Program-made: the position numbers and the translations under genes | Shown: one piece after another, positions 41,338-50,883 of the stretch | Position numbering within the stretch: the first letter of the stretch is position 1 | Layout: every line of letters starts with the position of its first letter | Assembly: GCA_963790475.1 (NCBI GenBank) | Contig: CAWBOS010000010.1 | Coordinates: 1,824,001-1,888,000, forward strand | Direction: 5' to 3' | Length of the DNA stretch: 64,000 nucleotides | From: an uncultured delta proteobacterium | GTDB lineage: Bacteria > Desulfobacterota > RBG-13-43-22 | The notes under the pieces: generated by a model | Seen by the model: the letters and a program-made list of their open reading frames with translations, nothing else | Databases searched by the model: none | Told to the model about the DNA's origin: nothing

Positions 41338-41367
41338 TTGACTCCTCGCCCTGGCTGATTTTATACT
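41338..41367 (+). promoter_or_regulatory. Sigma70-type promoter, copy 2 (glgP)
   Basis: TTGACT-CCTCGCCCTGGCTGATTT-TATACT. Confidence 0.6.
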
Positions 41368-41501
41368 CAAGCAGTTCTAAAATGATTCACAATCGCCGGG
41401 CCAACGGTTTCCCCGATTGCAAAGCAAAACCTTCGAGCCTTATGGAAACAGGCTCTCCACTCCTGAAGAGGCTGTAAAAAGAGGATCTTCCCCAAAAAAG
41501 C

Positions 41502-44015
41502 ATGGAACAAAATCCTAATTACCCCAGCCCCACTGGCCAATCCGAACCCGAGGACATCCGTTCCGGGCTCCGCCCGGAGACAATTGCCAAGGCCTTTAAT
41601 GATAATCTGGCCTATCTCTGCGCCCGGTTTCCTGAAGTGGCTACCCGTAACGACCGATACCTGGCCCTGGCCTACACCGTCCGCGACCGCCTTTTACACC
41701 GCTGGACCAACACCGCCCGTACTTACTATCAAATGCGCAGCCGATCGGTGTGTTACCTCTCGGCCGAATTTTTGATGGGACCCCAATTGGGCAACAATCT
41801 GATCAACCTGGGCATTTTTGACCAAGTACGGGAAGCCATGCAGCAATTAGGTCTGGATCTGGACGACTTGCTGGAGCAGGAGGAGGAACCCGGGTTGGGC
41901 AACGGCGGTCTGGGCCGTCTGGCGGCCTGCTATCTGGATTCCCTGGCGACTCAGCAGATCCCTGCCATCGGTTACGGCATCCGTTATGAATTCGGTATTT
42001 TCGACCAGGCCCTTCGGGACGGCTGGCAGGTGGAACTTACCGACAAATGGCTGCGTCTGGGAAATCCCTGGGAAATCGCCCGGCCGGAAATCGTCTTTGA
42101 TGTCCAACTGGGCGGTCACACCGAGACCTATTTTGAAGACGGCCGGCAGCGTGTTCGCTGGATTCCCGATCGCGTCGTCCGGGGAATGGCCTATGACACG
42201 CCCGTGCTCGGCTACGGCGGAAACACCGTGAATCTGCTGCGCCTGTGGAAAGCCGAGGCAGCAGAGTCCTTCGACTTTCAGGCCTTCAACACCGGGGATT
42301 ATTACGGGGCGGTCATGGAAAAAGTGACCTCGGAGAACATCACCAAGGTATTGTACCCCAATGATGAAACGATTCAGGGCAAACAACTCCGTCTCCAACA
42401 GCAATACTTTTTCGCCTCCTGCGCCATGCAGGATATGATCCGCATGTTTCTTCAACAGTCCGGTTCCCTGGACCATTTGCACGAGAAATTCGTGGTGCAA
42501 CTCAACGATACGCACCCCGCCATCGCCGTGGCCGAACTCATGCGCCTATTGGTCGACGAGCATACCCTGCCCTGGGATCAGGCCTGGCAGATCACCCAGA
42601 ACACCTTCGGTTACACCAATCATACCTTGTTGCCTGAAGCGCTGGAGCGCTGGCCCATCCCTCTCTTTGCCGGTTTGCTGCCGCGCCACCTTGAAATCAT
42701 CTTTGAAATCAACCAGCGATTTTTGGACGAAATCCGGCTCCGCTATCCCAATGACGACGCCCGGGTCGCCCGCATGTCGCTCATCGACGAACAAGGACCG
42801 CGTTATGTGCGCATGGCCAACCTGGCCTGCGTAGGCAGCCAGAACATCAACGGAGTAGCCAAGCTACACACGGACCTGCTCAAATCCGGTGTTCTGCACG
42901 ACTTTGTAGACTTTTCACCGGAAAAATTCACCAATGTAACCAACGGCGTTACTCCCAGGCGTTTTCTGCTGCTCAGCAACCCCGGTCTTGCCGGGCTTAT
43001 CACCCGCCGAATCGGAAACCAGTGGATCAAAAACCTCGACGAACTCCAGCGTCTTGAGGGGGCCGTAGAGGACCCCGCCTTTCGAAGAGAATGGAGGGAA
43101 ATCAAACTCCGGAACAAACAGGTCCTGGCCGCTCTGTTCTTGCGCCTTGCCGGCCTGACCGTCAATCCCGACACCCTGTTCGACATCCAAGCCAAACGGA
43201 TCCACGAATACAAACGGCAACACCTGAACCTCCTGCACATCGTTACCCTCTATAACCGGTTACGTCAGAAACCGGAGGTCGACTTTGTTCCGCGCACCTT
43301 CATTTTCAGCGGCAAGGCCGCACCCGGCTACCACATGGCCAAGCTCATCATCAAATTGATCAATTCCGTGGCCGCCGTGGTCAATCAGGACCCGGTGACC
43401 GAAGGCCGATTGAAGGTCGCCTTCTTGCCGAACTTCAATGTCAAGAACGCGCAACGGGTTTATCCGGCGGCCGACCTTTCCGAGCAGATATCCACCGCCG
43501 GGATGGAGGCCTCCGGCACCGGCAACATGAAGTTTTCCATGAATGGGGCCCTCACCATCGGTACTCTGGATGGTGCGAATATCGAAATCCGCAACGAGGT
43601 AGGCCCTGAAAACTTCTTCCTCTTCGGCTTGACCGCCGACCAGGTGCAGGCAGTTAAATCTCTTGGTTACCATCCCCGCGGCTATTATGAGGCGGATCCT
43701 GAACTTAAGGAGGCACTCGACCTGATCGCCTCCGGACACTTTTCCCCCGAAAATCCGGATTTGTTCCTTCCGCTGGTGAATACCCTCCTGAGCCAAGACG
43801 AATACATGGTCCTGGCCGATTACCGGTCTTACCTCGACTGCCAGGAAAAGGTTGCCCAAGCCTATCAGGACCGGGAGAACTGGACGCGCATGTCCATCCT
43901 CAATGTTGCCCGCATGGGATTCTTTTCCTCTGACCGGTCCATCCGGGAATATTGCCAGCGTATCTGGAAGACCTCACCGGTTTCCATAAAACTGGGGGAC
44001 TCAAAAACCGGTTGA
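41502..44015 (+). CDS. glgP: Glycogen/alpha-glucan phosphorylase
   Basis: GLGNGGLGRLAAC, QLNDTHP, KRIHEYKRQ, EASGTGNMKF (PLP lysine). Confidence 0.96.
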   Translation: MEQNPNYPSPTGQSEPEDIRSGLRPETIAKAFNDNLAYLCARFPEVATRNDRYLALAYTVRDRLLHRWTNTARTYYQMRSRSVCYLSAEFLMGPQLGNNLINLGIFDQVREAMQQLGLDLDDLLEQEEEPGLGNGGLGRLAACYLDSLATQQIPAIGYGIRYEFGIFDQALRDGWQVELTDKWLRLGNPWEIARPEIVFDVQLGGHTETYFEDGRQRVRWIPDRVVRGMAYDTPVLGYGGNTVNLLRLWKAEAAESFDFQAFNTGDYYGAVMEKVTSENITKVLYPNDETIQGKQLRLQQQYFFASCAMQDMIRMFLQQSGSLDHLHEKFVVQLNDTHPAIAVAELMRLLVDEHTLPWDQAWQITQNTFGYTNHTLLPEALERWPIPLFAGLLPRHLEIIFEINQRFLDEIRLRYPNDDARVARMSLIDEQGPRYVRMANLACVGSQNINGVAKLHTDLLKSGVLHDFVDFSPEKFTNVTNGVTPRRFLLLSNPGLAGLITRRIGNQWIKNLDELQRLEGAVEDPAFRREWREIKLRNKQVLAALFLRLAGLTVNPDTLFDIQAKRIHEYKRQHLNLLHIVTLYNRLRQKPEVDFVPRTFIFSGKAAPGYHMAKLIIKLINSVAAVVNQDPVTEGRLKVAFLPNFNVKNAQRVYPAADLSEQISTAGMEASGTGNMKFSMNGALTIGTLDGANIEIRNEVGPENFFLFGLTADQVQAVKSLGYHPRGYYEADPELKEALDLIASGHFSPENPDLFLPLVNTLLSQDEYMVLADYRSYLDCQEKVAQAYQDRENWTRMSILNVARMGFFSSDRSIREYCQRIWKTSPVSIKLGDSKTG

Positions 44016-44105
44016 TGCCTGATTCGCTCCAGCAGTTCCACTATTCGGTTACCCTGCCCTGACCTCCCAATAACCAAAGGTCAACTCTTTTACCCCTTTT
44101 TCCCC

Positions 44106-44134
44106 TTGACCCACCTCTTGGCTTCTTCTATACT
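44106..44134 (+). promoter_or_regulatory. Sigma70-type promoter, copy 3
   Basis: TTGACC-CACCTCTTGGCTTCTTC-TATACT. Confidence 0.55.
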
Positions 44135-44342
44135 CTTCCCCTAGGCGAAGAAAATTCTTAATAAATCGCATAAGAAGTCGGATATTGGGGAGGTTCAAGG
44201 AGGATAGGGAGTTTGGAAAAAGTCAGTCAATAATTCTGTTGAAATTATTATAACTTGAATTATAATTTCAATGAGAATATAAGAAAGTTGGGATATTCCT
44301 TGATAGTCACCCCAATAATTGACCGAAAAGAAAGGAGAAATT

Positions 44343-44728
44343 ATGGAAAAGGAAAATGGTAGCGGATTAGTGGAATTATTGGCTTGATATTGATGATCAT
44401 TTCTTTGATGGTTCTCGGCTGTCAGTCTCCTCCACCAGCTCAAACACCTCCTCCGCCCAGCTCATCTCAAAGCCCTGCTCCGGCCGGAACGGTTCAAACA
44501 CCAGCGCCGGCAGGAACAGCCCAAGCTCCTGCGGCTGGGACTCCTTCCCAGGATCCGAATCAGATCCAGGTGGGGATGACCGGAGAACAGGTCCAACAAA
44601 TCATGGGAGCGCCGGGGCAAATCGAACAAAAAGGGGCAATGGTTGAATGGAAATATTATACCCCGCAAGGTAAAGTGGAAGTCAAACTTCAAAACAATAA
44701 GGTGGCCTTTATTGAAAGGGGGCATTAA
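44343..44728 (+). CDS. Lipoprotein with Pro/Ala linker and SmpA/OmlA(BamE)-like domain (probable 5' frameshift)
   Basis: AGGAG RBS before ATG 44343; VLGC lipobox; IQVGMTGEQVQQIMGAP...WKY. Confidence 0.7.
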
Positions 44729-44940
44729 GAGTTATCCCCTGTTGAAACATTGCACTGAGTTGAATATCAGAGAGGGCCCTAACTTTTCATCAAAGGCAGA
44801 TTAGGTCCTCAAAAAATTGTCCACCTTTTTTCGAAAACAACCTCCTTGCCGGCTGGGTTAGGGAAACCGGGTTAGCCGGCTTTCCTGACCCAGGGCAAGG
44901 GAACAGCGAGATGAACCAGGAAGAAAAAAAGGGGAAAATT

Positions 44941-45432
44941 ATGGGAAAAAAAATGATACGGTTTAGTTGGATAATTTTTTTGATTTTGGTATTCCTTTCT
45001 TTGGTGGTGTTTGGCTGTCGACAGGCACCTCCACCGGGTCAAACACCTCCGGGCTCAGCACAAATGCCTCCGGGCGGCTCGGCTCAGATGCCGGCTCCCG
45101 CCGGTACGGTTCAAATGCCCGCTCAGCCCGGCTCAGCACAAATGCCTACTCAGCCCGGCTCGGCTCAAATGCCTGCTCCCGCCAGCTCGGCCCAAATGCC
45201 TGCTCCGGCCGGAACAGTCCAGGTTACCCAGCCTGGGATGCCTTCCCGGGATGCAAATCAGGTTCTGGTGGGGATGACCCCCGAGCAGGTCCAACAAATT
45301 ATGGGTTCCCCGGACCAACTCTACCAAAAAGGATTCATCGAATGGAAATATTCTAATCCACAAGGGGGTAGATCGGATATAAGATTTCAAAACAACAAAG
45401 TGATATTGATTGAAACTTATAAAAACCCATAA
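44941..45432 (+). CDS. Paralogous lipoprotein with 9-aa tandem repeats and SmpA/OmlA-like domain
   Basis: VFGC lipobox; repeated xxGSAQMP units; VLVGMTPEQVQQIMGSP...WKY. Confidence 0.75.
   Translation: MGKKMIRFSWIIFLILVFLSLVVFGCRQAPPPGQTPPGSAQMPPGGSAQMPAPAGTVQMPAQPGSAQMPTQPGSAQMPAPASSAQMPAPAGTVQVTQPGMPSRDANQVLVGMTPEQVQQIMGSPDQLYQKGFIEWKYSNPQGGRSDIRFQNNKVILIETYKNP
45046..45222 (+). repeat. Intragenic ~27-bp tandem repeat (6-7 units)
   Basis: Variants of GGCTC(A/G)GC(A/T)CAAATGCC. Confidence 0.8.
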
Positions 45433-45453
45433 AGACTTTTGTGAGGGATCCTG

Positions 45454-45594
45454 GAGACCTTGAAAAATGTTCAATTTTGACCAGGGTCAAGGAAGACGAT
45501 AATTTTAACCACAGGAATACATTTAGTATTTCGAGGATTAAAATTTGAGTCTGATGCAGAGATTGGGCAAAAGGGGGCGTTTTTCAAAGGTCTC
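45454..45594. mobile_element. MITE, 141 bp
   Basis: TIRs GAGACCTTGAAAAA / TTTTTCAAAGGTCTC; TCCTG direct repeat at 45449-45453 and 45595-45599. Confidence 0.8.
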
Positions 45595-45824
45595 TCCTGA
45601 TCATCCTGGATAAGGGGTGCTTAACCTTTCGGGTTTGTTTATCCCCTTATCCCTTCTCACCAGCCGGGAGGGCAATTAGAAACCCAATTTGAGTTTATTC
45701 AGCAGGAGAATAATTTTTCTATATCCGGGTTATCTGTTATTCTTTTTAGAGAGCGGATCACTTTTAAACAGAGTCGGAAGACCGGTTTGATTGTCCCTAC
45801 AATCAAACCAGAGGAAAAGCCATC

Positions 45825-48800
45825 ATGAACCAGGAAGAAAAATTGGATCAAACCCGATCGAAAAAAGAGGAAATGTTCGGGCAGGACAGCCGAAGAAACC
45901 ATTTCCAAGATAATCATCCTGAGCTTTTTTCCGACCCTGAAAATCTCCCGAAACCTATGGTTGATGAAGGTGAGGCGACGGTCGCTTTTCAGTCTTTCAC
46001 TCATCCGAAGGCCCAATCGCCTTCCAATCTACCCACCCTTGAAGTGGTTACCGGTGAAGCCAATCACAAAATATTATCGCTGGGAAAAGAAAAAATAAAG
46101 ATAGGCCGCTCCGGATACAACGACTTGGTCTTGGCGGACGGAAAAGCCTCTCGAGACCACGCTGAAATATATTTTGAAGAAGGGCAATATTTCATCGAAG
46201 ATTTGAATTCCACCAATGGGGTTTCCGTCAATGACCAGGTGATTCATAAAATCTCCCTCAAGTCCGGGGACCGGATTGCTATCGGAGATACCGTACTTCT
46301 TTTTACCCAAAAAGAACCGGAAATCTCCCTGCGCGAAAAAGAGGCCTTCATCCAAAAGAGCGATCTGTTCAACTGGTTCGATCAGGAAACCAAATTGTTA
46401 TTGGCCCAAAACCTGCTTGTCCGTTTCTTTCCAAAGGAATCCGTCGTTATAAAACAAAACACGCTGGTGGAAAGCATGTATTTTCTTTACTCCGGTGAGA
46501 TTCGTATCGTCGCCGTCAACGAAGAAGGCGGGGAGCGGCCTATCGATCTTTTGAAAGCAGGCGATTTCTTTGGGGAACGGGCCCTCCTGGCCGGAGAATC
46601 GGGCAATAATTCCATGATCGCCACCAAGGACAGCACCCTTTTGGAACTCCGAAAAGAACAATTAAATGAATTACTGCAAAAGAAACCCGATCTGAATCAG
46701 GCTTTCTATCGGATGGTTATGACCAAGCTTCGCTCAGCCCAGCAGGATTCGGATCGCCAGGGGGAGAGAAAGGACAATTTAAAAGATATCATTACCTCGA
46801 CCGATGTCCAGATCATCGGTCAGGACAAAAAGATCCTGGATGCCAAGAAAAAGATAGAGCAACTGGCTAAAGAAGACAAGACGGCCCTTATCATCGGTCC
46901 CACCGGAACCGGTAAAAAAACCTTTGCCCGATACTTCCATAAAGTCAGTCCCCACCCGGAATATCCTTATGTGGAAATCTCCCTGGCCGATCTGGAAGAG
47001 ACCAAGGCCGGGGCTACCCTGTTCGGCATCGAACCCGATCCGGGAGTCACTCACATGAAAGGACAGATAGGCTACCTGGAGATGATTGACACCGGGACCC
47101 TGGCCATTGCCCATGCCGAACTGCTGGATGCCCACCAACAAAGCATATTGGTCACCTATCTCAAGTATGGATGGTTTCATCGGGTCTACGGCCAAAAAAG
47201 TGTCAAGGCCAAGACCAAGGTCGTTTTTCTGGCTTCGGGAGCAGAGGCCGAGGTCATGGAGAAATTTATTCCCGAGCTCCGCGAAGAACTGACCAAACGA
47301 AAGGTCGTTTTACCTCAATTAACCCAACGCCTGAAGGACATTCCCATATTAGCCGACTATTATTTAAAGACTTTTGCCAAGAAAAATGCCAAACGAGTCA
47401 GCGGTCTTTCCCGAGAAGCAACGGAAAAGCTGGTCTCTTATACCTGGCCGGGAAACATCAAAGAATTGAAAAATGTCATCCAAAGGTCGGCTATTGTTTC
47501 TTCTGAAGATGTCATCATTCCCGGCGATCTGATCTTTGTCATCCCCTCGGAAAAAGAAATCCACAAGCTTAATATTCTGCGTCAGGATAAGATCAGGGAT
47601 TTTCTCCGCCATCCGCTGATCCCCAAGGTATTCATCTGGTTCAATATTCTTATGGTGGTGGTGATGGCCGGTTTCACCCTCTACGGAGGCACCAGGCCGG
47701 CAGGTCATCCCCTCCAGGATCCGGCAAACAACCCCGGGATGTTGATCACCTGGCTGATCTGGTTTCCGATCCTGCCTATTTCGGCCTTTCTGATCGGTCG
47801 GATCTGGTGCGGTATGTGCCCGATTGCCGGCATAGGAGACTTTGTCGCTCGGTTTAAAAAATATAATCTGCCGGTCCCCAAGTTTTTGAAATCGATGAAT
47901 TTCTGGCTGGTTATTCTGGCCTTTCTCTTCCTTGAGTATTCGGAAGAATACTTCGGAGTAGCTGATAAGCCTTTGGCCACGGGCATCCTTCTGGTGATTA
48001 TTATCAGCATGTCCGTGCTATTCTGTGTCCTTTTTGAACGGAAGACCTTTTGCCGTTATGTCTGCCCCTTGGCCGCGGTATTGGGGACCTACTCTACGTG
48101 TAGCATTGCCGAAGTCCGGGGAAACAAGAAGATCTGCCAGACTCAATGCGGCCAACATTCCTGTTATAAGGGAACGGAAATGGCTGACGGGTGCCCCATG
48201 TTTTCCTATCCGGCCTCCCTGGCCACCAACACCGAATGTATGATGTGTCTGAATTGCTTAAAGAGCTGTGAAAACAGGGGGGTCCAGGTTAATCTTCGGC
48301 CTCCTCTGCAGGAGCTTTGGCACCAACACCAACCCATATTCGCCATATCTTTTTTGGGGGTTATGCTGATCGGGCTTATGGCCCGCCATCAGTTCACCAA
48401 GTTGACTTATTGGAAAATTTGGGAACAATCCCTGGGATGGAGTGATTTATTCACGACCACCGTCCTCTTCTTCTTTTTTATTTTATTTGCCATTGTTCCC
48501 TTTACCTTGAGTTCGTCTCTTTCGGCCGCCGCTTCTCAGGAAAAAGTCTCTGAAAATATGGCTCATTACGGGCTGGCCTTTATCCCCCTGGCCATGGCCG
48601 GTCATATCGCCCATCTTTCCCATGAAATTCTAAGCGACGGGGTCTATAACCTTATTGCCTATCTCTATAAGTTATATGATAAAATAATTTTTGGAATTCC
48701 CATAGGGAGCCGGGAAATTGTCGTCTCTCATTTTATCAATAGCTCTGTGGTCACCTTTCTCAAAATGATGATCATCATGGCCGCGTTTTTGGGTTCTGTC

Positions 48801-49031
48801 ATTGCCTTAATCATGATCGCCCGCAAGCTGTCGGAAAAAAATGTCTTTGCCAGGATTCTTCCTCACTTGCTGGTTCTTTTTTTCTTTTGGGTGGTTTATT
48901 TGTTCATTTTCTCAGGTGCTACAGGGGAGCCGCCAACGGCCGCATCGACCCTCCCGGCTTCGCCTCCGGCAGTAGGAGGGCCGGTGATCCCCGGAAAACC
49001 ATTAACCCCGTCAGGTCAACCAGGCGGATGA
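45825..49031 (+). CDS. FHA + cNMP-binding + degenerate sigma54-activator-type AAA+ + NapH/CcoG-like 4Fe-4S polytopic membrane protein
   Basis: IGR/SRDH/NG; FFGERALL; GPTGTGKK and WPGNIKEL with no GAFTGA; GRIWCGMCP, FCRYVCP, CMMCLNCLKSC. Confidence 0.82.
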   Translation: MNQEEKLDQTRSKKEEMFGQDSRRNHFQDNHPELFSDPENLPKPMVDEGEATVAFQSFTHPKAQSPSNLPTLEVVTGEANHKILSLGKEKIKIGRSGYNDLVLADGKASRDHAEIYFEEGQYFIEDLNSTNGVSVNDQVIHKISLKSGDRIAIGDTVLLFTQKEPEISLREKEAFIQKSDLFNWFDQETKLLLAQNLLVRFFPKESVVIKQNTLVESMYFLYSGEIRIVAVNEEGGERPIDLLKAGDFFGERALLAGESGNNSMIATKDSTLLELRKEQLNELLQKKPDLNQAFYRMVMTKLRSAQQDSDRQGERKDNLKDIITSTDVQIIGQDKKILDAKKKIEQLAKEDKTALIIGPTGTGKKTFARYFHKVSPHPEYPYVEISLADLEETKAGATLFGIEPDPGVTHMKGQIGYLEMIDTGTLAIAHAELLDAHQQSILVTYLKYGWFHRVYGQKSVKAKTKVVFLASGAEAEVMEKFIPELREELTKRKVVLPQLTQRLKDIPILADYYLKTFAKKNAKRVSGLSREATEKLVSYTWPGNIKELKNVIQRSAIVSSEDVIIPGDLIFVIPSEKEIHKLNILRQDKIRDFLRHPLIPKVFIWFNILMVVVMAGFTLYGGTRPAGHPLQDPANNPGMLITWLIWFPILPISAFLIGRIWCGMCPIAGIGDFVARFKKYNLPVPKFLKSMNFWLVILAFLFLEYSEEYFGVADKPLATGILLVIIISMSVLFCVLFERKTFCRYVCPLAAVLGTYSTCSIAEVRGNKKICQTQCGQHSCYKGTEMADGCPMFSYPASLATNTECMMCLNCLKSCENRGVQVNLRPPLQELWHQHQPIFAISFLGVMLIGLMARHQFTKLTYWKIWEQSLGWSDLFTTTVLFFFFILFAIVPFTLSSSLSAAASQEKVSENMAHYGLAFIPLAMAGHIAHLSHEILSDGVYNLIAYLYKLYDKIIFGIPIGSREIVVSHFINSSVVTFLKMMIIMAAFLGSVIALIMIARKLSEKNVFARILPHLLVLFFFWVVYLFIFSGATGEPPTAASTLPASPPAVGGPVIPGKPLTPSGQPGG

Positions 49032-49073
49032 AAGAAATATCAATTTAGAAAAGATTTAAGGAGAACTTAGCCG

Positions 49074-50798
49074 ATGATTTCCCCCGGCAATCTTATTGGT
49101 AAAAATATTGATCAATTTCGGCTCGACGAATTTATCGGTCAGGGGGCTATGGGCGTTGTCTATAAGGCCTTTGATAATATCCTTCATCGAACCGTAGCCC
49201 TGAAATTGATTGCTAAAGAAGGCCAACCGGCCACACCAGCCATGATGGAAGCCAGAAGGCGTCTTATTCAGGAGGCCCAGGCCGCCGGCCGTTTGACTCA
49301 CCCCAATATCGTCACCATTCACTCCTATGGAGAGACCGATGAATTTCAATATATCTGCATGGAATTTATTGTCGGCAAGACCCTGGGGGAAATACTTGCC
49401 GAACAAAAAATCCTGCCTGTTGAAGAAGCGATGATCATTATTGAGCAAATTTTAATGGCCCTGGACGTTGCCAACCAGGGACAGATTGTCCACCGGGATA
49501 TTAAACCGACCAATATTATGATCTTGAATGATAAGCAAACCAAAGTTATGGACTTTGGTATCGCTAAGCTTCCATCCCTTTCCATAACTACCACTGGAAC
49601 AGTCCTGGGGACCCCTTATTACATGTCTCCGGAACAAATTTCCGGTCAGAAGGTGGATATCCGTTCGGATATTTTTTCGGTTGGAGCGCTTTTCTATCAG
49701 GTCATTACCGGGGAAAGGCCTTTTGACGGTGAAACCACGATTACCTTGGCCTATAAAATAGTCCAGGTTGAACCCGTACCTCCAAAGATCTTAAATGTCC
49801 ACATCCCTCAAGCCATAGAAAACATCTGCCAAAAGGCCCTGGCCAAAGATCCGACTTTTCGATATCAAACTCCCATGGAGATGTTGGAGGACATCCGGGC
49901 CTTTAAACGCAGAGTGTCGGCATCAAAGCAAGTCCTGGCCGATACGACCATCAGGACAAAGGCCCCTATCCCCGCCCCTACACCCCCGAAAGTAAAAATG
50001 GAAGAGAGAACTCAGATCTCCCCGGGAAGGATGGAAGCCAAACCGAAAGTAGTGCCTATAAAAGAGGCCGAATCGGCCCCTGCCGTGGCTTCCCCCGCGG
50101 TAGATATCCCGGTGCCCCCCCGACCTTCCGTCCCTAAGGCCCCTCCGGCACCAAGCAAGACCCCGGGGACCGCGCTTAAGCCCATAACCTTCGCCATCGT
50201 TTTGTTAATCTTTGTGGTGGTCGGGATTGTCCTGGTTGTTCGTTTTGCAAAAAACAGCCCGCAATACAATCGGCCTGACCAGTTGCCGATCCAAGGGTTG
50301 ACTCAAGTAGCTCCCCCTCCTGCGCCCCCCGAGCAAAGAGCAGCCCCCAATCTGGATTCTTTAATTCTCCAAGCCAAGGATCAATTGAAAATTAATCCGG
50401 CTAATGCCCGAAAGTTGTTAGAACAAGCCCTGGCCATGGACCCTAATAATTTTGAGGCCAACCTTCAATTAGCCCGTCTTTTGACTTTTCAACAAGATTT
50501 CCAAGGGGCCATTCCCCTTTATCAAAAAGCCCAGCAATTGAATAGTCGGATTCCCGAAATCTCTTTTAACCTGGGCTTTATTTACTTGAATCAGGGGAAA
50601 TATGACCAGGCGATAAACTCTTATGCCCTGTGCCGGGCACTATCTCCTCCCTTTCAGGATGAAGTCCTGACCAACATGGGCCTTTGTTATATAAAAAAGA
50701 ATAATTTCCAGCAAGCCCAACTCCTTCTTAGGGAGGCCCTGATGTTGAATCCCAAAAATACCATCGCCCAAAATTACTTAAGATCGATTGGAGGATAG
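49074..50798 (+). CDS. Membrane Hanks-type Ser/Thr protein kinase with extracytoplasmic TPR domain
   Basis: GQGAMG, VALK, HRDIKPTN, DFG, GTPYYMSPEQ; Pro-rich linker, TM helix, TPRs. Confidence 0.93.
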   Translation: MISPGNLIGKNIDQFRLDEFIGQGAMGVVYKAFDNILHRTVALKLIAKEGQPATPAMMEARRRLIQEAQAAGRLTHPNIVTIHSYGETDEFQYICMEFIVGKTLGEILAEQKILPVEEAMIIIEQILMALDVANQGQIVHRDIKPTNIMILNDKQTKVMDFGIAKLPSLSITTTGTVLGTPYYMSPEQISGQKVDIRSDIFSVGALFYQVITGERPFDGETTITLAYKIVQVEPVPPKILNVHIPQAIENICQKALAKDPTFRYQTPMEMLEDIRAFKRRVSASKQVLADTTIRTKAPIPAPTPPKVKMEERTQISPGRMEAKPKVVPIKEAESAPAVASPAVDIPVPPRPSVPKAPPAPSKTPGTALKPITFAIVLLIFVVVGIVLVVRFAKNSPQYNRPDQLPIQGLTQVAPPPAPPEQRAAPNLDSLILQAKDQLKINPANARKLLEQALAMDPNNFEANLQLARLLTFQQDFQGAIPLYQKAQQLNSRIPEISFNLGFIYLNQGKYDQAINSYALCRALSPPFQDEVLTNMGLCYIKKNNFQQAQLLLREALMLNPKNTIAQNYLRSIGG

Positions 50799-50883
50799 TC
50801 AATTAAAAATATGGACTCGCTGTTCATGCTCAAATTCAAAAAAGAGCCCGAATTAGACCTCCATATTAAATTTTTTTATACCG

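Noticed and set aside
45046-45222. ~27-bp repeats as a CRISPR array
   Set aside because: Contiguous in-frame coding repeats without unique spacers; no cas genes in the window.
45825-49031. Sigma54-dependent transcriptional activator
   Set aside because: No GAFTGA loop, degenerate Walker B and no HTH.
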